A stretch of DNA of 64,000 bases from Octopus sinensis (taxonomy: Eukaryota). The notes under the pieces were generated by a model. That model was not told the origin of the DNA. It was given only the letters and a program-made list of their open reading frames with translations, and made no database searches. Below, in pieces: positions 39,801 to 54,550 of this stretch. The stretch lies in NCBI RefSeq assembly GCF_006345805.1, contig NC_043010.1, positions 20,832,001 to 20,896,000 of the forward strand, read 5' to 3'. Numbering within the stretch: position 1 is the first letter of the stretch; each line of letters opens with the position of its first letter. The position numbers were made by a program, and so were the translations under genes.

Positions 39801-40002
39801 GGTTACTGCCTGGAATCGAACTCGGAATCTTGGGTCTAGTGATCTGAATAATAATAACATCGAAAAATGCCTTAGGAGTGAGAACCTAGGTTCGAAATTT
39901 CTCCTAGACACCTGCTGAAGGCTGGAGGGTATATCTGCCGAAACGTTGTGTTAACAACAAACAAGATGAAGACAAATACTCGTCAAATGTAAATAATGTA
40001 AA
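39044..40002. mobile_element. Inverted pair of the same hammerhead-bearing repeat (39044-39140 minus, 39846-40002 plus) with a nested insertion
   Basis: Arms are reverse complements; the plus copy has the core variant CTGCTGA at 39912-39918. Confidence 0.65.
39171..39728 (-). mobile_element. Non-coding ~560-bp (TAA)n-inserted element, probably a non-autonomous retroposon
   Basis: (TTA)n on both sides; its 3' ~95 nt recur as a truncated plus-strand copy at 5532-5627, also inside (AAT)n. Confidence 0.7.
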
Positions 40003-40928
40003 CCAATATAACACAATATACTTAATAATTGGTTAGTAGCGAGGTGTATTTCACCAAAAAATACTATGTATTTGATTGGAAGAAATTTACATAAATCAAT
40101 GTAAGCGTAAAATTTATAAAGTAAAACCTGAAAAATAAGTTTTTTTTTAAAGACAATTACAATTACATAACAATCTAGTATTTATGGAAAGCAGTTTACT
40201 TTACAATATAAAATACGCGAAGAGCATTCGCTGCAGGATTTTGTCACTGAGAAAAAAAAACCTTTTCGTAAACGTGAATAAAAAATCACATCGAGCTTTG
40301 CTACTAGTGATATCATCTGACAATCACATACAGGGCTCCGATGTAATTTTTGCCTCCTCAGTGACAGATACCGTCTCAAACATTTGGAGCTATGCCAGAA
40401 CTCCTGTTCTTTGGAGCAGGTAAAAATAAATGTAGACATCTTTATATTGATCTTCGTCGCTCCATGTGCCTCGATTAAATTAATTCCAGTATGGCAAGCT
40501 TCAACATAACTCAGCTAAAATCAGGCCGAGACTCAGCGTTTTGTTATCTGCTGACTTACTTTGGAGCTCCTTTCGATGTATTTTCTCTATGTATATGCCG
40601 AATATTTTCTCCAAGAAAAATTCTGTGCGACAGCGTGTTAAAACCAAGAAAATTCTTTGCGGTGTCAGACGTGCCATGCAGACCATCATGTCACTTGTTT
40701 GGCATTGTGTTTTTATTCTCTTCTATTTTATTTTGATATGCACATTGCGTTTGTAGTCTTCTCTCCTGTTATACACATGCGCACTGTGTGTTCATGCTTC
40801 TTTTTCCGATTCCTACTCAAAAGTTGTTTACAAATCACAACCATCTCACGAACGCGAATTCATGAAAAGCGCTTCAGGCTCCGATGGTTTTATAATAAAT
40901 GTCTGATTCTTTATACAAGCCGTCACTG

Positions 40929-40974
<46 letters not shown>

Positions 40975-41189
40975 GTATGTGTATTTTTCAATATTTACAA
41001 ATAACCCAGCATGGCCACAGCATGGCCACAGCTCATGAGCTGAAACTAGAATCAATCAAAAAACACGGAAAAAATAAATAGTTGCCAGTGTAGCAAAAAT
41101 TCACACAAGTACCAAGGATGTAATAGTCTGCTTATAAAGGTAGAAACTCCAGGTTTAGGTGAAATGTTTTGTATATCATAGATAAATAT

Positions 41190-41500
41190 ATAAATGGAGT
41201 TAAACGCATGTGTTATTTAAATCTTTATACTTCCGACATATGTTTCGAAGAAAACATTGGTATAAAATGGATAAAATGATGTAAAACAATGCAATCTTAT
41301 AATCAGGGGAAAAAAGAAAGAAAAACAAAACGCATCGATAAGACATTTTAACCGAATATGATTACAGCATATATTACTGAGAAGATTGTATTGTTTTACA
41401 TTGTTTTATTCCTTCTGGAATAATACCAATGTTTTCTTCGAAACATATGTCAGAAGTATAAAGATTTGAATAACACTTGCGCTTAACTCTCTTCATATAT
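41190..41500. repeat. Imperfect inverted repeat related to the 9649 palindrome, with degenerate hammerhead cores
   Basis: The arms carry GACATATGTTTCGAAG / CTTCGAAACATATGTC; cores degraded to CTGATTA and CTGAGA. Confidence 0.65.
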
Positions 41501-41643
41501 ATATTGTTAGCAACGGAAGCAGTATCAATATTACATGGTGATCTTTATATTCAGCTTAACATTGAGAGGATCTCTCAGGGATATTAACCGCACTAACCTG
41601 TATTCTAATAAGGCATCCATGTCATGTTGGTTACATATATATA

Positions 41644-41697
<54 letters not shown>

Positions 41698-41701
41698 TGT
41701 G

Positions 41702-41732
<31 letters not shown>

Positions 41733-41816
41733 TGTGTGTCTGTTTGTTTGTTTGTGTTTGTGTGTGTGTGTCTGTTTGTTTGTTTGTTTGTGTGTGTGTG
41801 TGTGTGAGTGTGTGTA

Positions 41817-41848
<32 letters not shown>

Positions 41849-42231
41849 CGTGCGTGTGTGTGGTGTAAAATACGACGTCCTCAACAAATATTCGTAAAAT
41901 CCTGCATTATTTCGAGCTGAAAAAAATAATGGATAGAAAGAAATAATCTGTGAGACAAAATGTTATGGAAATATGCATGATTTTGCCTTCTCGTGTTAAG
42001 TCGTCAACTCCTGAGCACTCTTTTCCGTGAACAATAGCTATATCTTAACAGACAGTGAGAAGTCAGAATATCTCTGTTGTCTGCAATCACAAGAGTCCAA
42101 TATAATAAAACTAAGCAGAACAGACAAATGCAACGACAGCAGAAACATCTCACCAGCGGATTTGTTTTACTCTCTCAAAATACTCTAAGTGTAATTAACC
42201 ATAGGAGACGATTACATATGGAATATTTAAT

Positions 42232-42610
42232 GGAGGCGCAATGGTCCAGTGGTTAGGGCAGTGGACTAGCGGTCGTAGGATCGCGGTTTCGATTCCCAGA
42301 CCGATCGTCGTGAGCGTTTATTGAGCGAAAACACCTAAAGCTCCAGGAGGCTCCGGCACGGGGTGGTGGCGAACCCTGCTGTACTCTTTCACCACAACTT
42401 TCTCTCACTCTTTCTTCCTGTTTCTCTTATACCTGTATTTCAAAGGGCCGGCCTTGTTACGCTCTGTATCACGCTGAATATCTCCCAGAACAACGTTAAG
42501 AGTACATGTGTCTGTGGAGTACTCAGCCACTTGCAGGTTAATTTCATGAGCAGGCTGTTCCGTTGATCAGATCAACTGGAACCCTTGTCGTCGCAACCGA
42601 CTGAGTGCCA
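42232..42610 (+). mobile_element. Second tRNA-derived SINE family
   Basis: GGAGGCGCAATGG.CCAGTGGTTAGGGCAG A-box and GGTTTCGATTCCC B-box head. Related copies at about 3093-3410(-), 22710-23045(-), 24266-24565, 36372-36690, 37752-38068 and 47558-47760. Confidence 0.85.
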
Positions 42611-43157
42611 CGTCGACGTATTTAATAGTTGTATCAAATTTTGGCAGAAGGTTAGGGATTTCGAAGGAGGGGCTGCTAGTCAATCACATCGACCCCAGTG
42701 CTCAACTGGTACATGTCTTATCGGCCCTGAAAGGATGAAAAGCAAAGTCGACTTTGGTGGAATTTGAATTCAGAACGTAGCGACGGGCGAAATATGGCTA
42801 GACATTTTACCCGACCTGCTGACGACTCTGCTAGTTCGCCGCCTCACATACACATTCAATATTAATTAGTCTTAGCAAGGTTCTCTACGGATATACACAT
42901 AAAATAGGAATAATCTGGTGCTGCGAGACAACAGAATGAAACAAGAAAATAAATAAAAACGGATGCAAAAATCCACTCTCTGCTCTATGGCATTAAAGAA
43001 ATATTCTTGGTGTGGTAAGAAGCTTGCTTCCCAACCTCACCGTTCCGAGTTCAGTCCCACTGCATGGTACCATGGAAAAATGTTTTCTACTATAGCCCTG
43101 AGCTGATCAAAGCCTTGTGACTGGGTTTGGTAGACGGAAACTGAATGCAGCCCGTCG

Positions 43158-43192
<35 letters not shown>

Positions 43193-43804
43193 GACAGTAT
43201 TAGCCAGACTATCGTATGCTGTTACACACCACCGATCACGATGCACTTCCAATTTTGTCTTCATTGCATCATCTCGACTCAAATCGTTGGACTAAACCGT
43301 TTCCCCACCGTCGTTTTTATATGTTTATTTGTTTTGTGAGTGTTTGTGTCTATTTCTCTCCACCACCGCTTCACAACCGGTGTTGGCGTGTTTACATCCT
43401 GTAACTTCGGCACAAGAAGTCGATAAACTAAGTACCAAGTCTTAAAAAATAATAAAATAATAATACTGAGATCGATTCATATTTCACGCTGTATCTCCCC
43501 GAGAACTACGTTATTAGTACGCGTGTTCGTGGAGTACTCGGCCATTTGCACGTTAATTTCACGTGCTGGCTATTTTGTCGAAACCGACGGAGTGCCAGAA
43601 AGATCACTTCAAGTCCTGACCAATTTAGTAAAATAACTATCATTAATCTAGCGCATTCCGCCGGGATCGACTTTGCCTTTTATCCTTCTGGGGTCGATAA
43701 AATGAATACCAGTTGGATAATGGGGCCGATGTAATCGTTTTACACCTTCCCCTGTAATTAATAGCCTTGTGCCAAAACATGAAGTCATTATTGAATTAGG
43801 ATTA

Positions 43805-44520
43805 AGGGGGCGAGCTGGCAGAAACGTTAGCACGCAGGCGAAATACGTAGCCGTATTTCGTCTGCCGTTACGTTCTGAGTTCAAATTCCGCCGAGGTCGA
43901 CTTTGCCTTTCATCCTTTTTGGATCGATAAATTAAGTACTAGTTACGTACTGGAGTCGATATAATCGACTTAATCCGTTTCTCTGTCCTTGTTTGTCCTC
44001 TCTGTGTTTAGCTCCTTGTAGGTAGTAAAGAAATAGGTATTTCGTCTGCCGCTACGTTCTGAGTTCAAATTCCGCCGAGGTCGACTTTGCCTTTCATTAT
44101 TTCGGGGTCGATTAAATAAGTACCAGTTATGTACTGGGGTCAATATAATTGACTTAATCCGTTTCTCTGTCCTTGTTTGTCCTCTCTGTGTTTAGCCCCT
44201 TGTGGGTAGTAAAGAAATAGGTATCTCGTCTGCCGCTACGTTGTGAGTTCAAATTCCGCCGAGGTCGACTTTGCCTTTCATCCTTTCGGGGTCGATAAAT
44301 TAAGTACTAGTTACGCACTGGAGTCGATGTAATCGACTTAATCCGTTTGTCTGTCCTTGTTTAGCCCCTTGTGGGTAGTAAAGACATAGGTATTTCTCCC
44401 CTCGCTACGCTCTGAGTTCAAATTTCGCCGAGGTCAACTTTGCCTTTCATCCTTTCATCCGCACTGGGGTCGATGTAATCGACAGGCTACAAAATTTCAG
44501 GCCTTGTGTCTATAGTAGAA
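43805..44520 (+). mobile_element. SINE concatemer: one head plus about 3.5 tandem ~180-bp bodies
   Basis: The unit GTATTTCGTCTGCCG...AAAGAAATAG restarts near 43853, 44037, 44222 and 44390. Confidence 0.88.
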
Positions 44521-45249
44521 ATGATTATATGTAATTGCTCAATCTGCTAAAAATAGCGGACAGATGTCCTTCAAATCATATCTATTATCGTTAAAAAATG
44601 ATACGCTCGACACATTAGATAATATATATTCTGGGTACACCAGAATCCAAAACTGGATGGTCTTCATTGGAATAGCTTTAAGCATAAGTCTTCTCAACAA
44701 CTGTTTAATGTCTAAATTATGGCTTACTTGAGACATACCACTTTGCAAAAAGAATGTTTTTCTATTTAGATAAAAAAAAAATGGTGTCCTTCGTAGTTTA
44801 GACCCAAGGACTCCTCATTTGAGCAGAGCGGCAATCAAACGCATTCCAATCAGGGCCATCCCAGCAGTCTTTGTCGATTTAATACTAACATATTCAATAC
44901 AGATGGTAATATCAAATTTGTCTGAGATGAAGGGATAACACTTTAAGGGAGATTTGGCTGCTATTCCTGTAGGTCTTTTGTTGCCATTTTTAATGTTGAT
45001 TTGCAAACATATAATCAAATACATTCCAGCTGTGATTATATGTGACGTATATTTAGGACTGGAGATTTGGCTGCTGTTTCTTGTAAATCAAGCAACCGTT
45101 TTAAAGAAAGGAACTCAAAAACACTCTTCCTGGAATAAGACACAGACGTATATATAAAGCTCTTTTCTTTAATATATTTGTTCAATGGTGTGGTGGTAAA
45201 TTATGGAATATTTTGTGATATAGGTTATCACACTTGCTTTATATATATA

Positions 45250-45390
45250 TTTTTGTACATATACGTTGCCTTCCAAATGGTTTTTCCTTATTTCAGTGGT
45301 GCTATCGTCCGCAGTAAATAATTTTTGTTCAATATTAATGATTGTAACATATTTTAATTACTTCCATTTTTTTTTTATTTCTATTGACAG
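45250..45390 (+). promoter_or_regulatory. Conserved acceptor-proximal intronic block and 3' splice site, copy 3
   Basis: Same block (GTTGCCTTCCAAATGGTTT...GATTGTAACATATTTTAATT...CTATTGACAG). Confidence 0.8.
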
Positions 45391-46473
45391 ATTTATGGTA
45401 TGATAACAGTTGCCTTTATTACACTGTCCGTAATATCTTTCATCGTAGCTACTCATCCAGCTGGCCAAGTAGAAGGGATTCGTGACTTTTTGGGACGAGT
45501 CCGCAGTAACAACACGGAATATCTGGATCTATACCCCACTGTGCCTCATCCGGCATTGATCATAGTCGATTTCATTTGTCTTGTATATTTCTCGTGTGAC
45601 TTGTTTTTCAGGTTCATCACTTGTCCAAGCTGGAAAAAATTCGTGAAGAATCCCTTGAATTTTGTGGATTTCGCTTCACTTGTGCCTGATTATATCGACA
45701 TTATCGCTGGTTACGCAGTTGAGGTTACTCTAGCAATAAAAATAATGCACTACGTGAAATTTTTAAGAATCTTTCGTGCCCTCAGGATTTTCCGCTTGGT
45801 TCTTTATGTCCCGGGCTTGTGGATCATGCTGTACACATTCAAAGCCAGTTTCTGGGATTTGTTGTTGATGGTTTGTTTCATGTCAGTCGGCATGATTGTA
45901 TTTGCCACTTTCATGTATTACGCTGAAGACCATAACATCACAACTATTCCCTTGGGTTTATGGTGGGCGCTGATCACTATGACTACGGTTGGTTATGGAG
46001 ATATATATCCAACAAGTAACGTCGGATATCTAGTTGGCTCGTTATGTGCCGTCACTGGTTTGTTTATGGTCGGTTTCACTGTTCCTATTATCGTCAATCA
46101 TTTCGTCATGTACTACAAGCATATGAAATCCATGCAAGAAGCACGAAAGCGCGACGAAAGAGCCAAGAAGGAAATGGATAGAATGCGAAAGTTGATAGAA
46201 GAAGAAGAAGCTGAAACTGAGTTTCAGCATCCGTTCGAAGCGGAAAAAGAACCTCAAAATTCTTCGAAACGCAAAAATAGAGTTACAGTGAGTGTAACAC
46301 AAGAAAGCTCAAATCAATATGGACAAACTTCTCTTTCAAATCCGCCACCTCCTTCCTTTGAAAGTTTATCAAACACCAAAAGTGACCAGCGATTGCGTTC
46401 TGGTATGGCTCGAAGCACAATGTCCGGCAATAACGATAACCAAACGGTAAATGGATTTGAAACTAAAATGTAG
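45391..46473 (+). CDS. Shaw/Kv3-related K+ channel terminal coding exon, copy 3
   Basis: Acceptor AG at 45389-45390; ATT TAT GGT ATG in frame with ORF 45400..46473. S4 KFLRIFRALRIFRLVLY, TTVGYGDIYP, FTVPIIVNHF. Confidence 0.95.
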   Translation: MYGMITVAFITLSVISFIVATHPAGQVEGIRDFLGRVRSNNTEYLDLYPTVPHPALIIVDFICLVYFSCDLFFRFITCPSWKKFVKNPLNFVDFASLVPDYIDIIAGYAVEVTLAIKIMHYVKFLRIFRALRIFRLVLYVPGLWIMLYTFKASFWDLLLMVCFMSVGMIVFATFMYYAEDHNITTIPLGLWWALITMTTVGYGDIYPTSNVGYLVGSLCAVTGLFMVGFTVPIIVNHFVMYYKHMKSMQEARKRDERAKKEMDRMRKLIEEEEAETEFQHPFEAEKEPQNSSKRKNRVTVSVTQESSNQYGQTSLSNPPPPSFESLSNTKSDQRLRSGMARSTMSGNNDNQTVNGFETKM

Positions 46474-47817
46474 TAATCTGCAAAGATTATTGGGATATTT
46501 TAGATGTTACAGACCATTTTAAGGGTGACAATTCACATTTCGCCTCTGAACAAGATATAAACACTATAAAAGCATTCGCATTATAAGACATTATTACTAC
46601 CATTATTATAATTACTGGGGTGGGTCAAACTAAAGAAAACCGTACAATGCCGGGCGAAGCGCTTTCCACCATTAACTTCCTGCATTGAAATTCCATTCAA
46701 ATGGTGGTAATGATGATAATGATGATTATGACGACGACGACGACGACAACGACGACGATGATGATGATGATAATGATAGTAATGATTATCATCAAACCTT
46801 TTCTACTTTAAGCCACTGGGCTTGACATTTTTGGGGGAAAACTAGTCGATGAGATCGACCTCAGCGTTCAACTGGAACTTTATTTTATCGACCACGAAAG
46901 GATGCAAGGCATATTTGACCTCAACAGGATTTGTATTAAAAATGGTACAGAACCAACTTGTAGGTTCTTTAATCATTACAAGTGTAGAGCATTTTATCTG
47001 AGGTTGTCCGTTACCGACACCAAATGAGTAGCAGAATCACCATGTGAATTTCGGTGAATGGCTGCGCGGGAAGATATGCAACCATTAATATATTTCCACT
47101 TATTTCTTATTTTCCTAAAATTTTCGTAGCGTCTTGAAACCTTTTCAATAGTCTTCAATTTTACCGGAAGAATTTTACCGGTGAGTGTGTTAAATTATAA
47201 GGCACAAAAAGAAAATGACTCTCCCCAGGCACAAAAGAATATGCTTCAACACACGAACTCATATAAAGAATCTTCCCAACCAAATGCCCAAAACGAAATA
47301 AAATATTGGTGATTTTTCATTTAACAGAGACCTGGACTATTATTATTTAGTGTTACAGAGATAAGACACGTAAATTCATTAATATAAGTTTATCATCAGA
47401 CTGAAATAATATCGTCAAAAATCTTTAAAAAATAAAAAATGCAACGATTTAGCGTAGAAAAATATAACTTCTACCAATTTGGTGTAATAAAAAAATAGAT
47501 GTGAGAAATATCTTAGTAACATTCTAGGTGAATTATTTCTCAAATAATTTCAAAAATTATGGCCTAGTGGTTAGGGCAGCGGACTCGCGGTCGCAGGATC
47601 GCGGTTTCGATTCTCAGACCGGGCGTTGTGTGTGTTTATTGAGCGAAAACACCTAAAAGCTCTACGAGGCTCCGGCAGGGGGTGGTGATCCCTGCTGTAC
47701 TCTTTCACCACAATGGCGGTGCCCCAGCATGGCCACAGCTCAAGAGCTGAAACTGGAAAAACAAAAACAAAAACAAACAATTCGCTAGCAAAGCACAAAT
47801 TCACCGGTGCGCCTACA

Positions 47818-48248
<431 letters not shown>

Positions 48249-49636
48249 AGAATAAATGTTTTATATATAAAGAACGTGAAATACAGGAAGGGACAAACAC
48301 GGAACACAGACAAATCATTCGAAGCCTTCAATCTTCAGTCAGACACCGAATCATCATAGCAAATTTCGGCTGTTCAATTCTGATATTTGCTCCAACTCGG
48401 CCAGCCCCAAGAAAAAAAAACTAAGCTGTAAGCATTAGATTTCTTGGTAGAAGACAAGAATGTAAACGCACGAGACGGATGTAAATACGAGAGACGAAAA
48501 CGAAATTGAAAACGGTAACGGTTAAACAAAATATAATATAACGGTGTTTGTCATATATATATATACATATATATATATATGTCTATTTTATTATTTTGAT
48601 ATTTAGATTTTTCCTTATTCTTATAATATTTACACATTTGTATCACTCAGTCCCTCGAAGCATTTTTATCCATTGTATTACGTATATACCGCATCGTTTC
48701 TTTTGAAATTTCAATTTTTATATCACGTATACACACACACACACACATCTATCTATATCTATGCTGGACTGCTGAAATTAACAAATTTTTTCCTTTCTCT
48801 CTCTGTTTCTTTTCCTGTTATTCCTTTCTGTTGAAGAGCGTAGGCTCGAAACGTAAAATACTTTTTCATTTTCCCGACCGTCAAACTAATACACTCGCTT
48901 GTTGTTCATACACCTGTCTTCGTCTTTTGTTTTTTATGTATGTATGTATGTATGTATGTATGTATGTATGTATGTATGTATGTATGTATGTATGTACGTA
49001 CGTATGTATTTATGTCTGTATGTATATTGATATATGTATGCATGTATATACGCGCAAAATGAATGTCTTGTCTTCTTAACAGTGTTTATATGATGTACTG
49101 TAATGTTGAATGTCGAATATAGGTGGCAGCTTGAGCAGCTGTAAATATCGAACGACTTACCTTGTCTTGACGTTAATCAGATGTAAATCAATCAATCACA
49201 TGTAAATCGATCAACAAAAGTAGGCTCAATGGCTGAAAGTATGGATGAGGGGTTTGATCGATTACATCGACCCTAGTGCATAACTGGTCCTTATTTTATC
49301 GACCCCGAAAAGATGAGCAGCAAAGTTGACTTTTGCGGTGCTGGGACCCAGAAAATTCCGGTAAGAATAGTTTCAAATACCTAAATGCTTCGTTCGGCTC
49401 ACTTTATTAATAACAAGAACAACAATAGTTACGAATTTAGGCACAAGGCCAGCAATTTCGGAGGAGGGGAAAAATCAATTACATCGATATCAGTGCTAAG
49501 CTTGTAGCTATTTTATTGAAAGGACGAAAGGCAAAGTTGGCCTCGACGGGATTCGAACGCGTTACGTAAAGACGGACAAAATGTCGCTAACTATTTAACC
49601 CGGTGTGCTCATCACTCTGCCAGCTAGCCGCCATAG

Positions 49637-49707
<71 letters not shown>

Positions 49708-49722
49708 AATAATAATAACAAC

Positions 49723-49756
<34 letters not shown>

Positions 49757-51716
49757 TATTAGGATAAAAAACTTCAGTAATTGCCATAAATTGATAGCAG
49801 AGCAATTTAATAGGTTTGAACAATGAAAAAGAAATCCCGGGCTGGTTGACAAAAGGATAAACGGTGTTGTGCCTGAAAGATGCATCAAAAGGGAATGCCG
49901 CTGGCAATTACAGACCAATTTCGTACCTGTCATTAATGTGGAAGTTACTGTGAAGATGAATTGCAGAAGAACTACATAAGTTTCTTGGTGAGAACGATAT
50001 ATTACCGCCGAAGCAAAAAGAAAGAGATGCTGACGTTCGAAAATGGTAATGCAAGATTGTAAACGAAGGAGAACAAATCTGGGAATGGACTGAATTGACT
50101 ATCGTAAAGCTTATGATATGATTCCACATTCGTGGATCATCTGTTTGAAATTGCAAGGAATGTAACGTGTTTCCTGAAGAGAAGTATGGTGGGATGGAAA
50201 CCTGAACGGACATCTTACGGAAAAGGCTTGGGCACCGTGGGTATCAGAAGAGGGACTTTCCAGAGTAATAGCCTATCTCCGTTGCTTTTTGTTCTCTGCA
50301 TGATACCACTGACCTTGGTACTTAGGAAAATGAACCTGAGGTACCAACTAAAGGAAAATCCCAAGCAATCAACCGCCTCCTCTTCATGGATGATTTGAAA
50401 CTGTTTGGCAAAAATGATACTCAAATTAGTTCCTTGGTGAACACGGTCCACTGTTTTAGTGCTGATATTAGAATGGAATTTGGACTCAACAAGTGCAGAA
50501 TAATCTACCTAAAAAGAGGTGAAGTACAGTCCCTAGCAGGGATGGAATTACCGAATAGTGACTTGATTAAACAAATTGAAACAGAAGGATACAAATACCT
50601 TTGTGTACTAGAGTACAACGAGATAATGGAAAAGGAAATAAAAGAGCAACTGAGGATGGAGTATTTCCGGAGACTGGGGTTAGTGTTGCGCTCAAAATTG
50701 ACTGGATGGAATAAAAGCCAAGCACTTAATACATGGGCGATAGCATCACATCGGTATGGAGAGGGAATTATAAAATGGCAAAAGAGAGAAATGAAGAAAC
50801 TGGATATCAAGACCAAAAGAATGTTGACAGTACACAGAGCTTTCCACTCTAAGAGTAACACTAATAGGCTGTACTTGTCCAGAAGAAAGTGTGGGAGAAG
50901 TTTAGTCAGTTGTCAGGACGGTATTAAAGCAGAGGAAAACAGCTTAGGGTGGTATATAAAAAGTGCTGTGGAGCAATGTTGAAACACACGAAGAAGGCCA
51001 ACGTCATCAAAACTGAAAATTGTGTAACGACAGAAAAACTTGAACAAGAAATGAATAAAAAAAGAAAGAGCATGGAAGGAAAAGAAAATGGGCGGTTAGT
51101 TTGCAAGAGATGTGAACGCCAAGACAGATATAGAGGACCAGTGGCTATGGAAGATGAGGAGTGACCTGAAGACCAGACAGAAGCACTCATATGCGCAGCT
51201 CAGGAACAAGTGTTAAGGATCAATTATATGAAGTGCAGAATAGAAAACACTACCGATAGCGACAAATGTATGGTGAGAGGTGTGAAACGGTATGGCACAT
51301 CGTTAGCGAATGTCCGGAATTGATACAACGCAAATACAAAAGACGCCATGACAATGTGGCAAGAACGATCCATTGGGAGCTCTGTGGAAATCATGGCCTA
51401 CAAAGAGCAAAGACGTGGTATGCACAAACCTCAGAAAAGAAAGAGTTACCGAAAATGAGAATTGCAAATTCCTGTGGGATGCAATGATTCAGTGTGATCA
51501 CCTGACTAGACATCGGAAACCGGACATTGTTGTGGTGAATAAAAAAGAGAGAACATGTATGATAATCGACATAGTCTGCCTCGGTGACCACAGGATCAAG
51601 GAGAAAGAAGAAAAAGTAAACAACTATGACGAGTTGAAGTGGGAAATACGAAGGTTGTGGTCAATGAAGAGAGTAGTAGACGTGATGCCAATTGTAATTG
51701 GTGAACTTGGAAGTAT
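49757..51716 (+). mobile_element. Degenerate R4/Dong-type retrotransposon (RT to RLE)
   Basis: NYRPIS, FQSNSLSPLLF, FMDDLK, YKYL, RRHDNVA, KPDIVVV in disrupted frames; starts after (AAT)n. Confidence 0.88.
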
Positions 51717-52168
51717 CCTTTCTACTAAAGGCACAAGGTCTGGAATTATGGTGGAGGGAACTAGTCGATTACCTCGACCCCAGTGCGTAACTGGTACTTA
51801 ATTTATCGACCCCGAAAGGATGAAAGGCAAAGTCGACCTCGGCGGAATTTGAACCCAGAACGTAACGGCAGCCGAAGTACAGCTAAGCATTTCGCCCGAC
51901 GTGCTAACGATTCTGCCAGCTCGCCGCCCTATATGTATATCATGCAGCTGTTCAGACAACGTCGATTTGATGAAGGGAATGAGTTAATGTCCGGCACATG
52001 CATTTGTTCACCTTAACAAATCCCCTGTGCCGGTTGTTTAGCAAGAAATTGCGGAACCGACTTCAGCGGAATTTGAACTCAGAAAGTAAACACGGACGAA
52101 ATGCTGCAAAATATTTTGATATGCGTTCTAGTAATTCTGCCAGCTCGCCTTCGAACGACAGCAACAGC

Positions 52169-52209
<41 letters not shown>

Positions 52210-52329
52210 CGACGACGACGAGGACAACAACAACAACAACAGCAGAAGCAGCAGCAACAGCAACATCACTATCATCATCATCATTATCATCATCATCGTC
52301 ATCATCATCATCATCATCAACAACAACAA

Positions 52330-52990
52330 CAAGAAGAAACCGAGAGCACTATACAAGCAGCGCAAGACCAAGCTTTGGCTACAAACTGGAGAGTCAACCT
52401 TAGGTACGAGCTATTGTCTCCGCTATGCCACATCGGCAATAGAGCGGATGAAACCATTGCGCATATCGCGAACGAATGCCCTAGACTTGTCCAAAACCAC
52501 TACAAGTTGTAGCGCCACGACCAGGTAGCGAACGTGCTACAATGGAAATTTTGCGAAAAGAGGAGGCTAGAGAGAGGCAAGACGTGCTAAAACAAAACAG
52601 ACCGGACCTAGTGGTTGTGGACAAGGTGCACACACACACATGCTATATAGTTGATGTTTCAGGCCCCTTTGACCCACGAAGGAAGACGAAAAAATAGATA
52701 GATACAACCCTCTTAAGTACGAAATAGTCCGGCTATGGAAAATGAAGGTGAAGATAGTGCCAATTATTGTTGAACAGTATCAGAAGGCATCAAGAGGAAT
52801 ATAAAGGAAATTGGAATAGAGTGCCCAGTAGAACTGTTGCAAAAGGTTTGCCTCCTTGGCACAGTCAGAATAATCAGGGAAGTATTAGAGAGCTGAAAAG
52901 AACGCATAGCTTGGTACTGTCGACTGCAGGTAGCAAGCCTGCTACGCATACAAGACTCCGAGAGTTTCAACAAAAACTTTGATAGAGAGA
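52330..52990 (+). mobile_element. Degenerate R4/Dong-type 3' fragment
   Basis: Disrupted CRLC..DETIAHI, RHDQVA, RPDLVVVD and IVPIIV remnants between trinucleotide repeats. Confidence 0.7.

Positions 52991-54550
<1,560 letters not shown>

Noticed and set aside
48305-48345. Minus-strand CTGAAGA motif as a hammerhead
   Set aside because: No GAAA core and no convincing stems.
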